NCBI GenBank assembly: GCA_965235115.1
Contig: OZ249437.1
Coordinates: 29,636,001-29,700,000, forward strand
Length of the DNA stretch: 64,000 nucleotides
Reading direction: 5' to 3'
Origin: Laetmonice hystrix
Taxonomy: Eukaryota
How positions within the stretch are numbered: position 1 is the first letter of the stretch; each line of letters starts with the position of its first letter. The notes under the pieces were generated by a model, which worked only from the letters and a program-made list of their open reading frames with translations, was not told the DNA's origin and did not search any database. The position numbers were made by a program, and so were the translations under genes. This document shows, one piece after another, positions 1-12,800 of the stretch.

Positions 1-755
1 GCACTTCAGCCAATGAAATGGGCTAACGCGCTGCAGTATACCGGCCTCAATCTCAAAGGAGTGAGGCAGGGGACCAGCTGGCATGCCAGAGACGGATCTA
101 GGAGAGAGGCAGGGGCCGGTCCCCCCCCTAAATTTTGGACAAAATTGATTTCGTGTAATCATTTCAGTTAATTTGTTCTTTTCTTTGAATTATTTTTAAT
201 TTATTTTCCGCCCCTGCATACCTCTCCTCTCGCTGTAGGTCAGAAACGGAAACAACAACAAAAATCAAACCAACTGAGTTAAAAGTGAAACATAAGCAGA
301 CGTATGGGGATGGCTGCACCTTCTTATAGGGGCCTACTCCACTCTCAGTGCCCAACGCTCTAGCGACTTCGGCCGATAAATGTTGCAGATAAATCTGTGC
401 TCTCCTAGCGTACCGGTATTTATGTTGGCCGAGGGACATGCAGAAACGCCTGCAGCGACCTTGCAGGATTTCTGTCGAAGGCAGACACATCAACGTGACC
501 ACCACGTTGGCCTTGGGGGAAAAGATGGCACGTGTTCGGTGACTGAAAAGTCGGTCAGTGATAAAGGGATTTGGCCTCCAACAGAATGCGTTGATGCAGT
601 CCCTCGTCTTTAATCAGAGACATTAATCTGTAGTCTCCACTACAGGGCTAAACTGTACGGAGTATAGACCCCTTCTATAAGCATCAATAGTACCTAGGTG
701 GTAGTCCTTTGGAGTATTTACGACATTTCTAATGACGTGAAATTCATTGTTTCAG

Positions 756-865
756 ATTCTTGGCGGCTTCACAACTTCAATCCGTCGACGCACGGAAGGT
801 GTTTCCGTGTTTTGACGAGCCCGACTTAAAGTCTAACTTCACGGTATCCCTCGTACATCGAACAG
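756..865 (+). CDS. exon 1 in window (110 nt, phase 2/1): [36 protein letters not shown]
   Basis: ttcag| acceptor, |gtaag donor, FPCFDEP motif. Confidence 0.95.
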
Positions 866-3800
866 GTAAGAGTGACCCTTTAAGGTTATTTAAAATAATA
901 TAACCATGACAGAAAATACTTAGTTGAGAAAATACATTCTAAAGGGGGGGGGGGGGGTATTTCAGAAGATGGAAGAACATAATAACAACATGTTTATTCT
1001 AGTTTATCTTTTGATGGATGTGACCTGCACACGACATGTTTATTCTAGTTTATCCTTTGATGGATGTGACCTGCACACGACATGTTTATTCTAGTTTATC
1101 TTTTGATGGATGTGACCTGCACACGACATGTTTATTCTAGTTTATCCTTTGATGGATGTGACCTGCACACGACATGTTTATTCTAGTTTATCCTTTGATG
1201 GATGTGACCTGCACACGACATGTTTATTCTAGTTTATCCTTTGATGAATGTGACCTGCACACGACATGTTTATTCTAGTTTATCCTTTGATGGATGTGAC
1301 CTGCACACGACATGTTTATTCTAGTTTATCCTTTGATGAATGTGACCTGCACACGACATGTTTATTCTAGTTTATCCTTTGATGGATGTGACCTGCACAC
1401 GACATGTTTATTCTAGTTTATCCTTTGATGGATGTGACCTGCACACGACATGTTTATTCTAGTTTATCCTTTGATGGATGTGACCTGCACACGACATGTT
1501 TATTCTAGTTTATCCTTTGATGAATGTGACCTGCACACGACATGTTTATTCTAGTTTATCCTTTGATGGATGTGACCTGCACACGACATGTTTATTCTAG
1601 TTTATCCTTTGATGGATGTGGCCTGCACACGACATGTTTATTCTAGTTTATCCTTTGATGGATGTGACCTGCACACGACACTGATTATAAAATCATCGGG
1701 AAAATAACCTGCATTAAGTGAAACGAGAGCCTCATTTTGATTAAAATGACGTAGCCTTTGATTAATTTGAAGCTGATTAATGGGAGGCTAATGAACTAAA
1801 TACATCGCGCCCAGGGCAAATTAAGATAACTTGAAGCCCACTGTTTTAAGGTGATGTCAATTACTTCATATCCCAGGGGACTTCTGTGTGTCATGGACGA
1901 GATCAGGGATATTGCGGGAAGCTGGGAGCTATTAACTGGTTTCTCATGTCGGAGTCCAGGTTTGATCTCTGTTCCATACGACTCTCACGATCAAGTTATG
2001 TTCTGTTATTGATCTCTTCATCCCTCTATATAATATTTCATACATTACTACTTGGACATAAATTGATTTACATATCTAAAGTTTTGTTAATGTGTTTTCG
2101 ACATTGAACATTGCCGCGTATGTGTATAAACCGGAAACCAAAATGGGTACGTGATGAAATGAGAAAAAAAAACCGATGTCCTTCTTGCCTTTGACGTTCT
2201 GCGCGTCTCAAGTTTTAAGGACANNNNNNNNNNNNNNNNNNNNNNNNNNNNNNNNNNNNNNNNNNNNNNNNNNNNNNNNNNNNNNNNNNNNNNNNNNNNN
2301 NNNNNNNNNNNNNNNNNNNNNNNNNNNNNNNNNNNNNNNNNNNNNNNNNNNNNNNNNNNNNNNNNNNNNNNNNNNNNNNNNAAACGAATACGGCACTGAT
2401 ATGTCGCTCTTTGGTAAAGTAATATGGAAATCAGATATTCTATCGGATCGACGTCTAACTGTTTGACATGTCTGGGAATTGGGTTAACATAATTATATTT
2501 TATCATCGAACAATGTCCCTTAAGACCACACGTGTATAGACAATCAGTGGCGACAATCAGACTGGTCGACCTGATGATGGAGGTGTGAGAATTCCTGCGA
2601 TGTTTCATCACTCTCCTCTGATAAACCTGTCATAATGTATTTCCATGACCCCGACAATGATTCTCGAGGGGACCTGGCGATCAAAGCCGAGTTGTGGGGT
2701 ACGATATAATGTTACGCTAATGGCTTAAGACTAAGCTTTGAAGACGAGTTCATCCCGGTTGATTCGTGTACGCTGGATGGTAGAAGCTTCACGCCAAAAG
2801 GAGAAGTAGCGCCTGGGATTGAACTAATGCGATTAAGACCGGTGGCGGGGGCTGCTATGTCCGACGTTTGGGAAGACTTCGTGCAACTCGGCACTTTACT
2901 CGGAGAGGGGTCTTCCGGCAGCAGGGTCTTGGGGTTAATGTCATTACGATAGACTTAACCACACGACATGACAGCCTGATCGTTTTCAGCGAGATCGCGG
3001 ACATGTTCCGGTGATGAGAATCCAAGCAACAACAAAATTCTTGTGAGAATGCTGAAAAATGGCATGGCTCCCCGAAACGTCGTCGGTGTGTGTGTCGTTC
3101 TACCCAGGTTTTCAATTTTTTTTCAGTGTACGATTGCAGTTTTGATTCTACATTGATCTGCTGATGTATGCCGCCATTTCTGCGACGCCTCTTTCATTTC
3201 TTAACAATTGATTTATTTTCCACTTACGTTTGCTGTAACAGATGCAAATTGTTTCAGTACACTTTCGTTTCCTCTTGTCGATGCACCAAAACCGCTGACT
3301 AACAAGAATTTTCCTCGGGAGCCATGCAAGCAAACAGTCTATCATGGTATACGCTCTTTGATGTATGATAGGCTAACCATATACTAGGAACAAAATTATG
3401 TAAACTTAAATTAAGGTGGTTTAAACGTTGTCCTCTGTAACGCTATGAAATCAACGGTTACGTAGTATATTGGTTTTTAACGCTGCCTCTAGCGCTATGA
3501 AATCAACGTTACGTAATATATTGGCGTCGCTAAAGAGCAGTATTATCTCTCCCCCTTGGCAGAATTGCCCATAAAGTGCGTGTTTATGAGGAAGTGTGTG
3601 TCTATGATCACCAAGGCAGCAGGAAGAGAGGAGCACTCATATGGCGATCGTAACCATGTGACCCGTTTTAGGCACGTGACCTCAGCCTGGAGGCCAGCGG
3701 TTCCATTAGACAGACCACATATAGGGACCTCCGGCTGTGTGACAAACACCTCGCCATCGGTCACAGTCCTGCCTGTCACAGTCGGAAATTATAAATTAGG

Positions 3801-6800
3801 CTCTGTATGCCCGTATAGGAGGCCAATGTCACAATCTCGCCATGATATGTTAGAGAGGGATGCATAAAGTCTTTAAAGGTAATACAATCTGGACGTTTGT
3901 GAAATTGAACACTGTCGCGTCATGGCAATTGCCTTCACTTTGGTTGGGGTTGTGTGTGTATGCGGTTATTTTGTCATGTATCAGTGTTTTCAGTGGAGTC
4001 ACGTTTTTATCAGATCTGTCACATTGTATATGACAAGTTGACCATGATGTCATGGTACGGGTGTGAGTAGTGACAACATGGACGGTAGGGTTATCCAAGA
4101 GATCGTTCCTCACACAAGTAGTCCCGACGGTTTCTGGCTCACCTCACTTGTCTTACTACGCGCCCGCAGGCATTGTCCTCGTCCACTGCCCCCCCCCCAA
4201 CCCGGTTCGAAGGTGTTGGTCGAAAATAAAACCTAAACTGAAGGTTTGATTGAGATTTGTGTACTTTATATATCGGCCAATGGTAAAAAAAACAGTGCAG
4301 CACGNNNNNNNNNNNNNNNNNNNNNNNNNNNNNNNNNNNNNNNNNNNNNNNNNNNNNNNNNNNNNNNNNNNNNNNNNNNNNNNNNNNNNNNNNNNNNNNN
4401 NNNNNNNNNNNNNNNNNNNNNNNNNNNNNNNNNNNNNNNNNNTGTGACGCTGTATTGAAAATGACACGTTTTTTCTTTTGCATCGTTTCGTATCCGTCAT
4501 CCCTTTTTTTCTAATTTACAAAATCTTAACGTGATCATATTTTGCCCGGCTTTTATGTGAACCTAATCGGGCAGGGTTAATTACAGATATGATTAAACAC
4601 GTGCTGCTTTCACTATCCTGGGCAGCCGTCGGTCTTACGACGAGAGGCTACTGTGAAGTTCTCGTCAACAGGGTCCAATTAAAAACAGCCATCCATCGAT
4701 ACAATTAGAGACGACCAATTTGCTTGGGGGGAAAACTCTCCTTTCAGAAATGGCAGTCACTTAAGGCAATGAAAAAAATATCCCTGGATGGAACAGTTAC
4801 TGTTTCAAACTCTTGTGTTTGAGTATAGAAGCTTTCGAGGACGGTAAAAGTCTGGCAGTTCTAATTGTCTCAGTGCATGCACTCCCTACTACTTGATTAT
4901 CGAACCGGTAGATTCTGCAGTCAGGCGGGACCTTGTTAACATCGCAGGATAAGACGTTCCTTGTCAGCCACCGATATGGTCCTATCCGACTCAACTGATG
5001 CCGCAAGGGGAGTGTTTCCCCACGATATGAACCGTCCCTAGGTAATGTAGGCTGTGTTCGATCGACCACGGACTCTTTGCCCTGCCTGTTCCTCCCCTGG
5101 GGGAGCCACCCCTGAAACTGGAGGAATCTTGGCCGCAGCGCTGTCGTTCTCAGGCACAATAAAAAAAGAAAGTCGCAAGGGTAATACTGATAACGGCGCC
5201 GGTGCCTGCACTCGATGGGTGCACCCTTTGTCAGGCCTTAATTCGGGTTGAAATCATTGCAGTTGGGTCCGTTTCGGATGCATGTTCTACTTCAAAGCTT
5301 CAAGGCAATAGTACATTTTGTACTTCTTAAATAGTTTACACGAAGTGAGTCTGACAATTGTTTATGTTCGATTGTGAATGTTTATATTATACGTCCTCAT
5401 GATCTGATGTTGATGAGGGCATTCCCTATTTTTATGGTACAGCTCTTCTCTCAAAGGTGTGCTGCTGTTCCACCATCCACTGCATGGCAGTGTTTGCTAC
5501 GGCCAAGGGATCGCGGCAAAGTCTAGGTCAGCGTTGCTTCCCAGTGCGCCCCAAACGCGGTCCGTGCTCCGGCTGCAGGGAGCCTAGGTCATGCAATCTT
5601 AATGTCCTTATGGCGCGGCTAGTGACAGCCCCGGGGCCGGGGGACTGACCCAAACCCCAGCCTACCACCCCAGCACGTCACCTAGATGAGCTGGCTTTTT
5701 GTTCCAGACCATCAGAGTGACTTCTTCAGCAGTCTACCGCTCTTTCTAAAAGGAAAGCTTTCAGAGCGTACATGCGTAAGCCTGTTTATAATTACTCATT
5801 CTTCTAGGCAGGATGGTTTTCATTCTTGTCTTCTCTATATTCTCTATATTCTCTATATAGCAACCCAGTAATTAACACAAAGTCGCACACCTCTAATCTT
5901 TCAGCCGTGAATGTTAATTGATATGCCCAAAGACTTTCTCCTCAAATCCCTGGAGACGCCGGTTTGAAATAGGCCTAATAGACGTTATCCATGAAGTCCT
6001 GCCAAGAACCGCCGAGATGCATGGCTCCGGTCCAACTTGACAGGATCAGACTAAGATCAAGGCGGCTCTATAATTGAAACTCTGTGCAATGCATGGTTGA
6101 TTCTTAGAGAGATACTAATAGTCGTGAGCACGCCTTTCGCGTTTGACTGATCAGTACTCTGTCATGTTTTACGGATTTATTTGGATCTCATGCGATCGAG
6201 AGGCTCTAAGTCCCTCTAGAAAACGTGCCTACAAAATAGTTCGTGCTAATTGAAATGCTACAAAGGTTTGGTTCTATTGTTATCCATGGGAAACTATTTC
6301 AGTGATTCCTAAAAGGAAAATACGGGAGGAGAAATGATTGCCAAATGTCTTAAAAGGTGTTTGGCTGATATTTTCTCGTATTCTTACGTGATACTGTGAT
6401 GTTGCATGTTGTCAGGGATTTAAAAAGATTGTTTAATAGCTTCTTTTCTTTTTAACTTATCTTCTATATGAACAGAAATGCTATCATTAAAGTATTCCCC
6501 CAACCATGTATAAAGGAGGGTGAGTGATGGTGATTCTAAAGGCATTGTCTGCACCTTAACTCATCTGCATGGCGAGATGATAGTTGAAGGCTATAACGGA
6601 AGAAGAAGGCGTGTTACCCTTCACGACATCACGGCCCGGATGATATTAAGATATATGTTGCACGGGCATTCAAGGGCCGAGATGTAACTAAAAACACGGT
6701 TCCGTAATGTTCAGCGTTTACAAAGTGTTCAGAACTGATTCTACACAACATCTTGGGCCGGTGTGTGGTGCATACAGTACAGAGATAATGCGGCGAGGGT

Positions 6801-9800
6801 TGTTATTGACACCAAAAGTCTTTGAGTAATTAGGTTCGACCGGTGCTAAATAAAAGGGCTGAGTTCTATCGTATTATTCCAATCTACAGACACTCAGCAA
6901 ATAGAAATTGTGACTGAAGATCGTGCCGAACGAGTTGCCATCATTAAGACTTTTATAAGTAATCTATGATTAACATTTTCTAAAACTCTGCCGATAATGA
7001 CATTTATATCATAGACGTACTTTTTATCGGTAATTTTAATCACAGACAACACGTAGCCGTAAAGAAAGTATCTTTGTCTGCAAGTTTTCGAGCGTGAATG
7101 TAGGTCTAAGTCAGAGGATACAGCGGACAGAGGACACTTAATAAATCCGATTAGGCCTATACGAGATTGTGTAATCCGGCCCGTCGCCATTATCTCAGAC
7201 TTCAGAGAGGGAGGCAGGCGAATTCAGGAGGACGTGGATAAATGTTCAATGTATCTGTTTAAAAATAGTAATTTACAGACATATTGGGAAGGGTCAAAAT
7301 CACTTGGATGATTGCTCCACTATGTCCGCTAGGACCTGATATTGCCCCATTCTCGACGTAGCTATCTTAGAGCCAAATTAAGCTCGGGCCCATACCCTAA
7401 TGTGATCGGTTGTAGATGGTCGTGTTGGCAGCGATAACCAATAAATATCAAGCAGATTGGATTTAAGCTGGGTGTGAAACTTGTACGATGTGTAAGGTCT
7501 CCGTGGCTTAACATAAGTAATAACGATAGTTTGAACTGACGGCGTGCAGTGATTAAGCTGGTTTTGTTCAAGTATAGAAAGTGCAGTCTCTGCCCCATGG
7601 TTCTGTCGTTTACTTTATATATGGACCATTCACCCAGCGCTCGCTGCAAGCGATGCCCAACTGCTGCAAAGGAAAGCTACTAAATCGAATTTCGCTTCGT
7701 ATCCGTGTGAGTGTTTTCGATCACAGATATAGATTTTGACGGCGCTGTCTTCCAGGAAACTGCTACATGGTACGAGATCAATGAGTTCCTGGCATTATGG
7801 AGGGTCCACAATTAGTAGTCTCAGAACGCACCGATGCGATGTTTGGCCACACAGCTATCTGTAATTCACAGGAAGGAAAACGAACATGTGAATTGTGCAT
7901 CCTTAGAACCTTGGTCTTCTTCGTTCTACGTGTGACATTGATCTTGTTATTTTGATATATATCGAGCCAATAATCTCTTTTTCTTGTTCGTTTTTTTTTG
8001 TCGTAAGGACTTATTGTCATATAGGAGCGTACGCGAGCTGCCTTTGTTGTCAGCCCGGGGGCACTGTTCACAACAGCAGCGGCAGAGGATGAGACTGTTG
8101 GCATTGCGTGCACAACACCCCAAAGTTCCTTCGTACGTTGAGTATGGCAAACAACACTGATAAATGGCCAAGTACGTAAATGGCCAATGCTGTTATTACG
8201 TGTGGATGCAATGTGGAGCATCACAGGACACATGGATGAATTAACGTATTTTCCATGAGAAAATGTTATAAATATCTAAGGACGAATATGAATCAATGAC
8301 AGATATGAAATTAGGACGTAGGACGGAAATTAGGGGAATGAGTTACGTATATAAAAGGACACTATAACATCACTTCATTCATCAGCAACATTTGCCGTAT
8401 GACTGGAACTATCATCCAGCAGTTGTAATTGTTCAATGAAGAAAGGCATGATGGGATTCATTACGTAACCATTGATGAACTAACAATGTTCGTAGACTGA
8501 ATCCTGCTATAGTGAAACATTCACATGTCCACCAATATGTGTATTCAACCATATTCATTTAGGCTTGTTGGACCGTTGTATGTAGGGTACTCTGATGTGC
8601 TCTGATCCCTAAACCCGACCGTTTCGTTTCCTAGAGCCTGGACGGTCTGAAATATATAATTATTGTGGGTGGCAGCATTTTCGTGCCGTTGTTTTAACCA
8701 CCCTGCATGGCGAGACCGAAATGATCAACTCCTGTTTGAACAAAATGAAAATTAGGTATATTGTTTGATAAATATCCGAGCGATAAATATGGAGTTATCG
8801 TTGCATGACGGGTATCGTAAAATTGTATTATACTAGCGTTGGTCTATATGCCTTTGTTAGGGCGTGTAAGTTTGGTACGAGTATTGTATGGATGTATGTA
8901 CTACCACAGTAACATTATGAATATGGTAGTATGCCAACATGCGTGATTTACAAGGAATATAACCGACCCGTACATAATTATTCAAACCCCATATAATCCA
9001 AGGAATGGATTATGCACGAGTTGATTTATGCTCTAAAGAATTATACGAGGATAATAGCCTAGCTTATTTATAATTTTCGACTCCCGAGTTAAAAAAAGGC
9101 AATTTAGTAGTCAAATGCGCCGTTATATATCATGTTGTTGCTAAAAAGTCGTTGGTATTGGAGCTTGTTTCGTTGGAAGGAGAGAAAAAATAAAAGTTGG
9201 TTCCAAGAAGCACTTCCTGAAATACGAGCGAACCTGGCAAACCTAACAGATATTCGTTTACAGTATAGGTTGTTTTATTGCTTCCTGACTGTGGCCGTGA
9301 CTATTAAATCAAATCACGAATATCTAAAAGTAACACAATCAACCTTAATTTGGATAGAGGCATAATCACCCTAGGAATCACCTGTATAATGCATACCAAC
9401 ACTTTTCTGAGACAAAAGTTGCCATATTATGCCAACTATTCAACTACCTAGACCAAGTCTCCTCAATCGAGACCACCAGTTTGAGATTATCGCTGATTCT
9501 ATGTCATCAATCACGTGATGGGGATTCCTTCCACGGTTTGGCAATACGCAAAGTGGGTCATCGCTCGATGAATTCCATTGGCTGTTCAAGTCAAACTATG
9601 AATGTTGAATTTAATTAGATTTCTCCATTTCTGTGGGTATTCACTTATTGATTTGTGTAGCCTGAGGCTTTATCTAACCTCAGAGCCTATGTCTTCATTT
9701 TGAAGTCATTGAAATAAGAGAATAGCTGTGGGCTGGTTTAAATATAACACGTGTACATGTGCCGAGGCTAAGATACAACATCGTGTCTCATTAGTGCGCG

Positions 9801-12800
9801 TACCTAATGTTGACATATCATGTTTCGCATCAGTAATAAGCTCCAGAGATTGATAAGCTTCCCCTGGATGTGAGAGGGACTTCTAGGGGCAATTCTACAA
9901 CACGCGTCTCTCAGCACGCGTGACGTCAGTCTAAAATGGGCATGGAAAATGCCCCAACCAGATGCATCGTCGTTTTGGTCGGTGGCCATGCGTGATTTGT
10001 CTACGTAGCTATCATTCTGAGGTTGTCCATCCATGCCTCAGTCACGTCATTGCTCCAGAGGTACATGCGTACACACCGACGGACGTGACACGCTGGCCCA
10101 GAGCAGCAGTCACTCACTGTGACAGATAGACATGACCTTATTTCTTAAGCAACCGATAGGCTCTCATGAACGAGGGAATATTGTGGAGAGCGGCGATTCT
10201 GGAGAGGGACGAATATGAAAGTCCGCATGCAACGGCTTTGATAACTTGGAAACGACAGCAGGGTCCTTCTCGGCTTTATTGAGGCTATGCACTGTCACGA
10301 TCGATAAATGTCGGCTTGCTTTTGGCCTTTGTCAAACAGCCTATATACGTTACTGGGAAATGAAGCTCGTGGGGCTAGGGGAGGAGGAATATAGAACTTC
10401 CGCTTCCACCATAGGGCAAAAAAAAAAAATAGATTCGTTTCTTGTCCCCGCGCGCGTCACCTAAAAACCCCCGCGTCAAGTCTTTTTTTTTCAAATCCGA
10501 CTGCTTCATATGGTGGGCAGTGTAGCGCTGTGACAGAACGTTGCAACGGTTCTTTGGCGTTGGCGTTTTTCTGTTAGTCTTGTTGACTTTAGGTGAGTTT
10601 TACACGTTCTAAAACATTGAACATCATTGTATTGGTCTTTTCTTCAAGATTTATGTACCCAACAGCAATTGCATTCGAAGAATCGGCCGTTGTCTAGTTG
10701 CATCCAAAAAAAAAAAAAGAAAGACCAAAAAAAAAAAAAGAAACCGCGTCACCGCACCATTTTTTTTATATGAAAGGACAAGAAACGAAACTTCTTTTTT
10801 TTTTGGCCTAGCAGAGGTGCCTGCGATCTTAGATCCAGGAGGTTGCTAGTTTTCGACCTGAAGCATATTATGGCTATAGGAGTTATAGAGGTCTATACTT
10901 GGTCCACGCTAGCCGATCAATAAGAAATCCGTGTTGGAGATAATGGCCTGAGGCGGTAAAGATTAGGGATGTGTTCGGTGGTGTTGTGCGCTGGTCAGCA
11001 GTGGACGGGATCACTCCCCTAGGGTCTACCAGTGGGAGTGCATACATCTTTGCGGTCCTACTGTCGGAGAACTCCACATTCTGCACGGAATCCGACCATG
11101 TGGTGGTTCCAAATGGGCTGACTGCAGCAGCGCCATCTAGGAATAGCTGGAGCAGCCAGCGGCGCCTTTAATACGGATTCTTCTTACCATTTCTCTGTCA
11201 GAGCGGGTCCGAAGACTCCTGTATCAATACCTGTCATTATCCCGTCTGCCTTATACTACTTACCAGTTACGAATGAGAAAAGGAAATGGTATGTATACAA
11301 TTGAAATATGAAAAATACACCCCGCCGACTCGCCCCATCAACGGAGTGGCCACACTTCCGAGAAAGAATCCAATATGATGCGTTTAAACCTGCAGACCAA
11401 AATATCGATGTAACCATATTCATTGGGGATCGGGGTTTCGGAACTGAATAAGAGGGTCATCATCGACCAGTTTTACTGGTTGAGGAGACTGGAGTACACA
11501 GGAAACCCGGGAAGCGGATAGGTAGGATTTTATTTGACCTTTAGAATCTGCAACAACGCAGAATGTACTGCAGATAATTTTGAAACCCGATAACCGATGG
11601 TGGCAGTTAACATGGAAGGTCGGGTTTTGTTTTTAACGGCGTAGGCACGATTTCCGTATCATACCATTTCTTTCTTTCTTTCTTTCTGATCCAAATCTGC
11701 AGAGGAAGGTTCTGATGACTTAATCTGACAAGAGAGTGCTCGGATCCCTTTCAAATTTAAACATCTGCCGAGTTGTACTCGAGGCTAGGTTAAATCTGAA
11801 TATAATTTTAAAAGATCTTGTATTTTTTCATATAGTCAGAGGAACATTTTGTGTCATAATTACAATCTAGCTTTACGAACTATAAAAGATTCAGTCACTC
11901 CAAATAGTCCTAGCCGATTTTGTTGCGGGAGGGGGGGGGGGCAAGAGGATGTTGCCCCCCAAAAAATCTAGCATCATAAAATCGGGCAAAGTTCACCCGA
12001 TCTACGTTCAACGGACGCTACTGTGCCGACGATACAGTCAGTCGGGGAGGGGGGGGGGCACTGACCCCCCCCCCCTCGACTGACCCCCGCACCACTGAAT
12101 GACCCCCAACTGACAGACCCCCGACTGACCCCCATGACTGACCCCCCCGACTGACCCCTCAGAGTATAAGACTTGAGCATGCAGTTTCAGTATCACGCAC
12201 ACCTATATACCTTTAACAAATTAAACCCTCATTTGCTACCCGTACAACCCCCGAAAGGGAATACCTTCTGCTCAACTGAGCAATTTCTTGTTATTATTTT
12301 TGTTTTTTCGAAGAAAAAGTTTAATGGGAACAGGTTTCTACGAAACCACATAATAGGCCAGGGTAAGATAGGCTGATTTCATTTACCCCTGTGTACTCAA
12401 CATGATACACGACATGGAAGCTGACCTCCTATTCTCATGTTGAATGCCACTGAAAGAGGAGACACCGTATTTCCATCTCCTTAGTAACATAATTGCATGC
12501 GCGCATGCGCTTTTAGAGGCAAAAACAGAACTCGTTCGCCTCAGTGTCTCCTGCAGTTTATTTCAGTATTCGATAAACACTCGTGAACCGTCGCCAGCTT
12601 TACAATGAATAAAACATGATCGTGCTTTCACAATGTACCACTTTATTGGTTAGAGAAATGCATTTGATTGACTCGATGGAAACTTCAAAAACCTAAACAG
12701 TTTATTCTACTAGTCATGTCGCATGGACGCCGTGGTCTGGTGTTATATCTAATCGTATGGCTATTGCTCCACCATTTCAATGCCCTCTTCTCTCATTTAC

